IMG/VR virus record: IMGVR_UViG_3300042317_000943
Coordinates: 1-30,389 of that record
DNA length: 30,389 nt
Source: a virus
Lineage: Duplodnaviria; Caudoviricetes
Reading direction: 5' to 3' (one strand)
Below are positions 25,001 to 30,389 of the stretch, piece after piece (position 1 is the first letter of the stretch; each line of letters starts with the position of its first letter). The position numbers and the translations under genes were made by a program. Below the pieces are notes generated by a model, which did not search any database, was not told the origin of the DNA, and saw only the letters and a list, made by a program, of their open reading frames with translations.

Positions 25001-26674
25001 GCCACCGAAATGGAGGCGGTATCCTACACGCTGTGGTGGGCCCAGGCCGATGGGCGGCGCCACATGGAAGGGCAGATTGAGGAAAACGCCGACGGCTCCA
25101 CCACCGTGACCTCGGACTGGCACTGGCGCGAAGAGGACGTGGCGGCCATCGAGCGCCAGCTTTCCAAGGAGGCCAAGGCCATCCGCCTGCATCTGCGCGA
25201 GAACTACGGCGCCGAGTATGACCGCATCAACGCGGTGTTTTCCGACCTCTACGGAGTGAACATGCCGCGCCACAAGGACTACAGCCCCATCGCGGTGGCA
25301 CCGCAGCACGCCCCCGGCGGCCAGATGGCAGATCCGGTATCCGGCACCATGCAGGGCCCGGGGCTTACGCCCGGCAGCCTCAAGAACCGCAGCCATTCCG
25401 CCGTGGCCGAGCCGCAGCGCATGGACGCGCTGCAGCATTACGTGGCCCACGTGAAGCAGATGGAGCACTTTATCGCCTACGGCCAGCTGTCCAGCGAGCT
25501 GATGGCCATTGTCAACAACCGCGAGCTGGGGAACAGCATCGAGGCCAAGGCCGGCAAGGAAGCGCTCAACATCCTGCGCGCATGGACCGACTACTTCGCC
25601 CAGGGTGGCACCCGCGATGCCGCGGCGCACCTGGCCGTTTCCGGCTGGTTCCAGCGCGGGCTGGACCGGATTTCCCAAATGGCGCTCGTCGGCCGCGTGA
25701 GCGTGCTGGCCATCCAGAGCGTGCAGCTCGGCGCCGCCACCTACCAGATGCCGGTGGGCAGCTACCTTACGCGCCTGGCAAAACTCACCACCGGCCAGCT
25801 CGGCTGGGGCAAGGCGATCCGCTCCGACTACATCCAGCGCCGCCTGGCTCAGATGCCGCCCGCCGTGCAGCAGGCCATGCAGGGACTGGCCAGCGGCCCG
25901 CCCAGCCGCCTCAAGCACGAAACCGCCCGCCTCGGCAGCCTGATATCCGGCGCCGACGCGCTCTTCACCGCCGGCACCTACGCCATCATCTACGATTACC
26001 AGCTCAAGCTGGCCAAGGACCGCGGCATGCCCAGTCCCGAGCAGTGGGCCCAAGAGGAAACCATTCGCCTCACCGACCAGGTGGCCCAGCCCATGCGCGC
26101 CGGGGCCCGCTCGCTCATCGAGGTCACAGCCACCAATCCGGCATTCCGCATGATGTGGGCCTTCGCGTCCGAACCGCGCCAGAAAATCGCCCTCAGTGCC
26201 TACGGCCTGATGCAGAAGACCGGCCTCGAGCGCTTCCGCGCCGCGGCCATTACCTGGACGGTTTCCGGCCTGCTCGCCGCGGTGGTGCGCGCCGCCGTGC
26301 GCGATCTGCGCGACGATGGCGAGGACGATGAGGTGTTCGATGAAACAAACTGGGATCCCACGCGGCTGGCGCTCATGGCGCTCTCCGGCCCCATCGGTGG
26401 CTTGCCCATCGTCGGCAAGGAAATCGAAAACATGATTTATGCCGGCGCGGGCGAATACATGCCTGGCAGCACCCTCATTTCCGGCCCGTCCAAGGCCGCG
26501 GGCACCATCCGCAAGCTCGCCACCGGCAAGGGATCTTGGGAAGACGCCATCAAGGACGCGGAAAGCATTTTGATGGGCGTGGGCGTGGCCAGCCCCACCG
26601 CAGCCGCCGCCGCGTCGTGGAGCCACATTGCGCGCGATCTTGAGGCCATTTACAAAAACACCACCGAAGACTGA
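16076..26674 (+). CDS. Giant ejection protein (gp16-like position) / large polyvalent protein: zincin peptidase, JAB/RadC, ART-like x2, PRTase
   Basis: 3532 aa. HEFTH (18461-18475), HNHPSGDSTPSSAD (20150-20191), WHGT...IGTGEGAQAYGWGLYFA (from 20936), DDVATQGGT (22301-22327), FHGS...WFTDN (from 22892). Helical termini with hydrophobic segments. Confidence 0.88.
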   Translation: MATTLTPTITAPNPLAAPTAPQIPQSAAPPAGMLQPFEDPREADRRQHNEAMAKWFSENRRVVDEGFLDPAKAFADIPQGFADSIDQVRMLAANDDLLRLYNQGEDPPADELGRYLLRLRVAEEEFKGQGAESEEAFFQKGKEKALRRVDTATVIAGVVQQARQSAILDLLNPGEFRNGWVAARNSAMSLPGYDPAEDGELFHAYSETMRDEREKMKPYVPQLLEMIQSFKDQEGSGPITATLKEGTAMGVLGAMFGEKPQTSRTAWEIWQSMAPEQRPEFEQAIGILARALPEDQQQTFWGNVMTSGGRYLEKGLRDAFNTARQISAPAEFDRLASEIGRPGVGFPEEADSARELRDRLNFQSRMVMLREQVVDPVKEVSEGPVSRFFERMAYGTPGAIMSSAAAMYAAPLLAASLTESHYQSMLQRRMDAGDSYEKADKFAAQAAPAGMALEFISEKLGAKLLGGELPYFNKALTRIMDRIENPIGRMGARFAAGGTQEGLTEVSANYIDAVVQDLGYALGADVGPTKWLGENGEFQGDWAENLDTFALGFPLAFFGIRGSFGRDARVKAFAEASDLEMKAVGYQPGDISNIRAGIARGLNSGETAINAAYENVNPNSPEAKAAAEELAARERARREAAGALRASGDLPIIVAGREGYTVLDGRTEETVGTAPSMGAAWTMAQAHSDFLADLDADAVAYMKSLLESADFVQKLDPNQETRLELGTVMDRALLEAERPEMAARFAKQVELKEQAAGGTGEISYTVNGWSESQIRDNLRQTVNRIFQGGSVLTVFHEFTHGRRRALREAGQLSREEEVSFVRAIDAVLAGKRTREGERLSFLPEGITDEQITEEMIDEAISEVMEMEILRSRSGGTKRRMPQRPGAGNVPSGFVTRNLTALARLAPEATRKFSAFIESVRAHFGQALARALAIKKAEREGKFDADSYDAFLAKLLGLDVQDDFNRQTAQEAARIADPLSPEAFAAALNSDYDVDADDIPFSIARSGMRYPEFRLSQFGPVPSLTSNTGVLYPDGHEIDLSQNQAPAQIPDGGGEFWNQLSKDGRHAAVLGAWEAYEGRGLAEDWIRPALIEPGANPTDPSVTGFWNWLRDTLNSDFFRGIDPVDTMDLLVDIFQLEWYASERDSGFDQHHYMQIAPDGTVLALRNDTGQARFARLPDPSAQPELAFSLGRSTPQTFANRLLDKIGEQALRAEQPKAKYEDKRQLLLDFAESILNPAAEKSAQTGNVSRRTFGPLQVIRERFAQKLQLDPQIRFIGETLTDLTDFVERAQALRNPLFETFYVIAIKRGETSDKVLDVRAYTSRCPCAAAVTDHAKGVLAGITEQAGFLKSVGADELYLLHNHPSGDSTPSSADLALTRKYHAMMQAEGIKLRGHVVINHREFHNITVEDTGGGVLDAVAMPGELADTGRIDPYAWPLFDSSIGKQIDDPSLVAALGREVGAAYTDPETLIGFITDNRHKVVAVLAGSIDDFMGLTNAGLQNYAREQGGVSLMLHGKEDSQSNARRLLRRFATANQTNRVFEMVVEYPGGYVSGLSDEGYKMQRMVDNDRFFGGEGNPAMRVQENSISLGRATVTPTASTRAFQGAAGSPSAIGPAAFSIGAWHGTPHKITSRMSLDKIGTGEGAQAYGWGLYFANALDVAKNYMENTESRAKVQYSPVLRYEGQRVDALDWPAVKKRAASAIDSMGKARAIVTATDRNANELLAAIESIDETKLSSGLERFGAPTGNLYRVELDVEQDDLLDWDKPLSEQSEKVRKIFDALDNTPPEGFRLSEWLGLTMKGWYEGPGRHNPAVTMYAELTKHFGRADGQGFGGEASRKASELLAAAGIRGIRYLDGNSRRTFKVKQSANKSQWTVMEEITDRRSPDYGDTVLAQGGFASREEAQQWADRQVSYNYVIFDESAIKITEENGVPVDLSEAGGSFSLGRPWPANFPNVVISTTVGKMKSHPNYTAAKAGSVRDAFRVVNDLIKVDRLRELGRQHPGAIVAGLHAEEATGMNRLPEALAEAIAHHGNLELDDELVIINTPKRTGSTAIHRLASRPEFAGQIQAGRQYILADDVATQGGTLSEARAYIEENGGEVVAVVTMGAAQGGTLLAMSEKTRLALEQKFGNDALNEFASDTGLYGGQWQAFTNSEGQAILRYSKLETAADAILAARQAAGPAGAAQPAGQPELIQGRFQGFSLGRPGAAGQLGGIDPNQPGGANIGDAALPSNVVTPEMDAAYLDAVERGDLKQASAMVKSVATELGFVVGPVFHGSPNFEGGALGIPSKYKGMGNYVHKYWFTDNFDLALYYADQNDIDDVTTDLNTSAGKPAVVEFYLKSPTKTLDRRDYEEEGMEEQSPVQDANLQIGRKQGWEIVKIENINDKIDSETVGNSTIYGLADTSFVVPAQPILRDSAGNIIPLSQRFNQSSPADSGAASLAPSRGLDLMRMNALDRVRNPRRRAEIFQRISREFERLKLDAERFELVAGSKRMRKSLLKEAAMREAVRREELENDVYARHWELLSNEDLVRIKSQPVHAALADPDSPLRGRLMSRSAAMKHRAELFGEDYKGGEWDGSDGLSRSIFGGTLTPDQAAQELYDEGLINSPDVDTLWQALHSEQAQVAGMKEQLAQVQQQLRAARTTAKQEANDWLRQAGEGQAANYSPKQEILRALASMQAILRALPPPVRAKIGGIMDIARAGSEEARLAILKDTIAKSDRELEKWMRETLDREFRELLERTRPERDEAGKRPKGKIGANVHDLFRSIEDAMFLDAAETEAEATRLESLAEAEATTAEQAAHLTLEANLVRLVGDWRKADAARREMALAEATSAYAGGYLQAQIKAAQKRERITRRRADLKHDTGRAGERMERVNAEIKARGTKLGRTREALLSIFSFDQMLGLVFGEGSATARSFAEWELRAANAKENAIQRTHNAVEALLNDLAGNPLAGEKLRYKLATERRVEWIDWQGRKQTATEMEAVSYTLWWAQADGRRHMEGQIEENADGSTTVTSDWHWREEDVAAIERQLSKEAKAIRLHLRENYGAEYDRINAVFSDLYGVNMPRHKDYSPIAVAPQHAPGGQMADPVSGTMQGPGLTPGSLKNRSHSAVAEPQRMDALQHYVAHVKQMEHFIAYGQLSSELMAIVNNRELGNSIEAKAGKEALNILRAWTDYFAQGGTRDAAAHLAVSGWFQRGLDRISQMALVGRVSVLAIQSVQLGAATYQMPVGSYLTRLAKLTTGQLGWGKAIRSDYIQRRLAQMPPAVQQAMQGLASGPPSRLKHETARLGSLISGADALFTAGTYAIIYDYQLKLAKDRGMPSPEQWAQEETIRLTDQVAQPMRAGARSLIEVTATNPAFRMMWAFASEPRQKIALSAYGLMQKTGLERFRAAAITWTVSGLLAAVVRAAVRDLRDDGEDDEVFDETNWDPTRLALMALSGPIGGLPIVGKEIENMIYAGAGEYMPGSTLISGPSKAAGTIRKLATGKGSWEDAIKDAESILMGVGVASPTAAAAASWSHIARDLEAIYKNTTED

Positions 26675-26678
26675 GCCA

Positions 26679-26987
26679 ATGTCCCTGAGCCGTAGCATCA
26701 CCCCGCCCGCGCCATTTGGAACGCCCCTGGTCAACACCGCCGCGGAATGGACGGCGGCAGATCCGACGCTGGCAGCCGGACAAATGGGCATCGAAAGCGA
26801 TACCGGATACATCAAAGTGGGCGACGGCACCACGGCATGGGCGGCGCTGCCTTACTACACCGGCCCCGGCGTGGCCACCAGCGACGGCACCACCGGCGGC
26901 ACCGGGAGCGCAGGATCCGGCAGTCAATATGTGTTGCTGACCATCGGCGGCGCCACCTACCGGCTGCTGCACGACGGCACCATCTGA
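26679..26987 (+). CDS. Small tail-associated protein with Mtd_N/hyaluronidase N-terminal-like domain
   Basis: TAAEWTAADPTLAAGQMGIESDTGYIKVGDGTTAWAALPY is the characteristic motif. ATG at 26679. Confidence 0.8.
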   Translation: MSLSRSITPPAPFGTPLVNTAAEWTAADPTLAAGQMGIESDTGYIKVGDGTTAWAALPYYTGPGVATSDGTTGGTGSAGSGSQYVLLTIGGATYRLLHDGTI

Positions 26988-27039
26988 TTTCCTTTGGGGG
27001 AAATTGAGGCTGGTGGGCCTCCTGCGGCAGTGTTCCGGC

Positions 27040-29868
27040 ATGGCTGTAGGAACCAACGAAAATGTCAAATACCAAGCCGCAGGCAATGGCAGCAACACCA
27101 CCTTTGCCACGCTGCTCGTAGCCGGGGGGGCCAGTGAAATCGGCGTATGGATCACCACGGCCGCAGGCGCAGTGACCGCCCAAGTCGCGGGAGTCGATTA
27201 CACGTTTTCCAATTTGGGTGGCACTGCCACCATTGTGTTCCAGACAGCACCCCCAGCCGGCAGCACCGTTACCTTTTTGCGCAAAACCGCCATCGCGCAA
27301 GCTCTGGATCTCACCTACAACGAGCGCCTGCCCAGCATCCAGATCGAGGCCCAGCTCGACGCCCTGGTGCGCATGATCCGCGATCTGGACGCTCGCGCGA
27401 CCATCGCCTTCCCCGGCGCGGAACCAGCCGGCAACCCCACCACCTTGTCAGCCCCCGCCCAGCGCAAAGGCAAACTGCTGGCATTCAATAACAACACTGG
27501 GGCCATGGAAGAATTGCCCAAGGAGGAGCTTTTAAGCGAGGTGCTGGGAGACGCGCAGGCCGCCGTGTCCGCCGCCAGCGCCAGTGCCGCCAGCGCCAGC
27601 AGCGCCAGCAGTTCAGCCAGCGCCAGCGCCAGCAGCGCCAGCAGTTCAGCCAGTGCCGCCAGTGCCAGCGCCGCCAGTGCCAGCAATTCAGCCAGCGCTG
27701 CTAGTGCCAGTGCCAGCGCAGCGGCCGCCAGTGCTGTTTTAGCCGATGTCACCAACACTTCCGTTAACACAGCCATATCCGGAAATCCGGCGGCAAGCCG
27801 GACAGCGATGGGGGCCGTGGAGAATTCGCCTGCTGTACGACGGGCTACTATTAACAGTGATGTTTTCAAGCCGCTGCGACTTATGCTGGATGCTAATCGC
27901 TCAACTGGTTTCAAAAACGTCGGAGACTCGCTGGGTAATGGATCGGACGAGTTTGTCGCGCTTTTCGCCAACCATATCGCCGCCGCATACCCAGCACACC
28001 GCGTGGTTCACCGCATCCTCTCGACCAACAACGACCCCGCACTCAATACTTGGGCGGATACGGTCGTTCAAGCAGCTAGTGGAGAGCGTTATGTGTACTT
28101 TCCAAAACAGCGTATCTCCCAGCGGTGCAGCACCAACCCGTTAACACCTTACGCAACCGCCACTGGCACGCTGACCCTAACCGTCACCGCATCCGGCATG
28201 ACCAACAGCCCGAAAGCCGTCTCGGTCTCGGTTGTAAGCGGCGATGTTGATAACGTCCTGGCCGAAAAAATGCGGGCGGCTCTCGCGGCTGACGTGGATG
28301 TCGCCGCGCATTGCGATGTCGCCGCGTCACTCGACCGAGTAATTCTAACCAAAAAGGTCTTGGCGGCTCACGATTCAACTTTCAATCTCGCCATTTCCAG
28401 CAGCGGACTTGGTATTACCAATGACACGCTTTCTGACCCAGGAGTTTATCCGCTATCCTTTCCTGCTTCTGAGTTTCCGTGCCCAACTGGAGACTTTGAG
28501 ATTGAAGCGAAAATCCGAGTTGCCAGCCATGTATTGGCAAACGGACCAATTGTCGCGTGGTGGGCGGGATCGGCCCCTACTTTGGACAGGTCGTTCTCAC
28601 TCTTGTTAAGTGCGGGTTCCAGATTGGAACTCAAGTATTACGACACGTCTGGAACTTTACGGAACGCGGCGACTGGCGACCTTTCTGCCAGCCTTCCCGC
28701 CGCAGGCACCGACTGGTGGCTTAAAGCGTCGGTGGACGTGGACAATGGAGCTGGAGGCACGACAACCACATTTTACAAATCGACGGACGGATTAACGTGG
28801 ACGTTACTAACTACGCTTACCATCGCTGGCACGGGTATTTTTAACCAAGCGACCAGCGGGGCGAGCATTGGAAGTGAGGGTGGAACCCCTCTCTACGACG
28901 TGCGGGTCTATCAAGTGCGGGTACGCAACGGCATCAACGGGCCAATTACCAACAACACCGCCATCGACAACGGGTTCATTGGTGCAACCACGAACTTTTT
29001 GGAGTTCGGCGGCTCGCCGCAAGTTATCATCGAAAATTACGCCCACTCTGGCGCGACCACTAACACCTTGCTCGAACACATCACAGGACGTAAACAATAC
29101 GAAACGGCAACCGCAGCCGGAACAATCACCGGAGATGGAAATGCTACCGTGACCATAACAGGCGCGGGCATCACTGGCTCCCCGCTCGCAGTAAGCGTCG
29201 CCGTCCTCAACGGCGACACGGCGGCAGTGTGGGGAAACAAGGTCAAAGTGCAACTCCTCGCCACCCCAGCGATCACCGCGCTTTACGATGTGCTTGGTTA
29301 CAACGCAGGGATAGTGCTGCGGGCGAAAACTGCCCGTGCCAATGATGCGACTCTCAACATAGCACTGGCAAACGGCACATGCACAGGTATCACCGCTGCA
29401 CCTACCAGCGCAAACACCACGGCAGGGCTCGCGCCGTGGCCTGACATCTGGATGCAAAATAATGGGGACGCATTTGTCATGTATTCTGGTGGAATGAATG
29501 ACATAGGAGCAATCGCAAACGCACACGGCACGAACTGGACGGATGCTGTAAGCTCCATTGTTACCAAACTTCTAACCATTTCGCCGCAGGCTGTTGGGAT
29601 TCTGCTTGGCACCAATCCTTCGGTTGTCGTTCCGCCCAACTACACCACTGCGTTTACCACATGGTCCCGCGAGCAGCACCCCATGCGAATGGCACGCGGC
29701 GCGGCACTAGCTAGAAAAAACAACTGGGCATATCTCGACGTATGGACTGCATTTAATGAAGATGGCAGGGCATTAAATGTTCTGATCCCAGATGGAGTTC
29801 ATGGCAGCTCAACCGCGTCATCCGAAATTTTCGCACCAGTTTTAACACGGGCATTCGACTTCGAATAA
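27040..29868 (+). CDS. Tail fibre/spike with T7 gp17-like N-terminal anchor and C-terminal SGNH esterase plus lectin-like insert
   Basis: ATG 27040. GNGSNTTF...GVDYT...APPAG..V...R.T.I.Q anchor, Ser/Ala stalk, and SGNH blocks GDSL (27922), SG (29047-29052), GMND (29491), DGVH (29791). Confidence 0.85.
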   Translation: MAVGTNENVKYQAAGNGSNTTFATLLVAGGASEIGVWITTAAGAVTAQVAGVDYTFSNLGGTATIVFQTAPPAGSTVTFLRKTAIAQALDLTYNERLPSIQIEAQLDALVRMIRDLDARATIAFPGAEPAGNPTTLSAPAQRKGKLLAFNNNTGAMEELPKEELLSEVLGDAQAAVSAASASAASASSASSSASASASSASSSASAASASAASASNSASAASASASAAAASAVLADVTNTSVNTAISGNPAASRTAMGAVENSPAVRRATINSDVFKPLRLMLDANRSTGFKNVGDSLGNGSDEFVALFANHIAAAYPAHRVVHRILSTNNDPALNTWADTVVQAASGERYVYFPKQRISQRCSTNPLTPYATATGTLTLTVTASGMTNSPKAVSVSVVSGDVDNVLAEKMRAALAADVDVAAHCDVAASLDRVILTKKVLAAHDSTFNLAISSSGLGITNDTLSDPGVYPLSFPASEFPCPTGDFEIEAKIRVASHVLANGPIVAWWAGSAPTLDRSFSLLLSAGSRLELKYYDTSGTLRNAATGDLSASLPAAGTDWWLKASVDVDNGAGGTTTTFYKSTDGLTWTLLTTLTIAGTGIFNQATSGASIGSEGGTPLYDVRVYQVRVRNGINGPITNNTAIDNGFIGATTNFLEFGGSPQVIIENYAHSGATTNTLLEHITGRKQYETATAAGTITGDGNATVTITGAGITGSPLAVSVAVLNGDTAAVWGNKVKVQLLATPAITALYDVLGYNAGIVLRAKTARANDATLNIALANGTCTGITAAPTSANTTAGLAPWPDIWMQNNGDAFVMYSGGMNDIGAIANAHGTNWTDAVSSIVTKLLTISPQAVGILLGTNPSVVVPPNYTTAFTTWSREQHPMRMARGAALARKNNWAYLDVWTAFNEDGRALNVLIPDGVHGSSTASSEIFAPVLTRAFDFE
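27571..27732 (+). repeat. GCCAGC/GCCAGT-based low-complexity tandem repeat encoding a Ser/Ala stalk
   Basis: Repeated GCCAGY units, with GCCAGCAGCGCCAGCAGTTCAGCCAG present twice. Confidence 0.85.
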
Positions 29869-29885
29869 CATAGTGACCACCCGCC

Positions 29886-30200
29886 ATGTCCAAAGAAGAA
29901 ATCCACGGCATCGCAGAATCCACCACGCCGGAAATAAACGTGCCACGCACATGGGCCGGGCTTGTGGTTTGGGCGCTGGGCAAATGGGGCATCGGCATCG
30001 TTTTCCTGGCGCTGCTGGTTCCGGTCTACCAGGACCTGAAAACCTCCAACGCCCGCATCTACGGGATCATCGAGAGATCCGCTGAAGTGTCCACGCAGAA
30101 CGTGCGGGCAATGGAGGCGCTGGCCGCGAAGATCGAGTCGAGCAATGCCGCGACGGCGCGACTTGAAGAGGCGCTGCATCGACTGCACAAGCAGCCATGA
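29886..30200 (+). CDS. Membrane protein with TM helix and coiled coil (holin/lysis-module candidate)
   Basis: WAGLVVWALGKWGIGIVFLALLVPVY hydrophobic segment followed by a heptad-like C-terminus. Located after the tail fibre. Confidence 0.6.
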   Translation: MSKEEIHGIAESTTPEINVPRTWAGLVVWALGKWGIGIVFLALLVPVYQDLKTSNARIYGIIERSAEVSTQNVRAMEALAAKIESSNAATARLEEALHRLHKQP

Positions 30201-30389
30201 AAGCCATCGTGTCATTCCAAGGCTTTACCGAGTCGGACGCAGCGCGCACCGGGATGGAAGACCTTTATTTTTCGGTCATCCGCCGCTTCGCCCGCGAGGA
30301 TGTCACGACCTACCAGCCGCGCACATGGACGGCCAATGTTGAGGCACTTGCTTACCAACTCAACCGCCAAGGCATCCGACACGCGGCCA
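30197..30389 (+). CDS. 3'-truncated protein, possibly alpha/beta-hydrolase-like
   Basis: ATGA overlap at 30197. Open to the window end: MKAIVSFQGFTES...RTWTANVEALAYQLNRQGIRHAA. Resembles the strand-GF oxyanion start of a/b hydrolases, but the nucleophile motif is outside the window. Confidence 0.5.
   Translation, partial: MKAIVSFQGFTESDAARTGMEDLYFSVIRRFAREDVTTYQPRTWTANVEALAYQLNRQGIRHAA

Larger units (their letters stand above)
1..30389 (+). mobile_element. Tailed phage/prophage segment (podovirus-type head-tail module plus end of replication module)
   Basis: Co-directional, tightly packed genes in the order TerS-TerL-portal-scaffold-MCP-tubular A-tubular B-ejection proteins-fibre. No host genes, integrase or att ends are visible, so free phage versus prophage cannot be decided. 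Confidence 0.95.

Noticed and set aside
23642-26833. 1063-aa minus-strand ORF (also 2018..3883, 4479..5915, 9303..10868, 11121..13127, 14411..15637)
   Set aside because: Antisense shadows of GC-rich + strand genes. They have no recognisable motifs and fully overlap well-supported CDSs.
27004-27039. TTG start for the fibre, or a promoter before ATG 27040
   Set aside because: The anchor domain begins at MAVGT (27040), and the -35/-10 match is too weak to call.
27571-27732. Tandem repeat as CRISPR or regulatory array
   Set aside because: No unique spacers. It is an in-frame Ser/Ala low-complexity stalk common in tail fibres.
26679-29868. Diversity-generating retroelement suggested by the Mtd_N-like domain and BPP-1-like gene order
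   Set aside because: No reverse transcriptase and no TR/VR repeat pair with adenine-specific mismatches is visible in the window.

Overview
Contiguous + strand tailed-phage (podovirus-type) segment, GC-rich, with the T7/BPP-1/epsilon15-like morphogenesis gene order. It begins with the end of a DnaC/IstB-like helicase loader and a short lower-GC accessory region, followed by a wHTH regulator, TerS, TerL, portal, Bbp19-like protein, scaffold, major capsid, a capsid-associated protein, tail tubular A and B, three ejection (internal virion) proteins, an Mtd_N-like protein, a tail fibre with an SGNH esterase, a membrane protein and a truncated hydrolase-like gene. Three observations stand out. (1) The 3532-aa ejection protein is a polyvalent protein: an HExxH metallopeptidase is followed by effector modules (unknown domain, JAB/RadC, ART-like, PRTase, second ART-like), each bounded by a recurring F/I-S-L/I-G/A-R motif, suggesting a self-processed, module-swappable injected polyprotein. 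(2) Two integron attC-like sites bracket a ~650-bp promoter-carrying two-gene cassette with the end-complementarity signature of an integrated gene cassette, yet no integrase is present in the window. (3) The 717-aa ejection protein ends in an apparently circularly permuted Amidase_3 domain. All family calls come from motif recognition by eye; no database searches were run.
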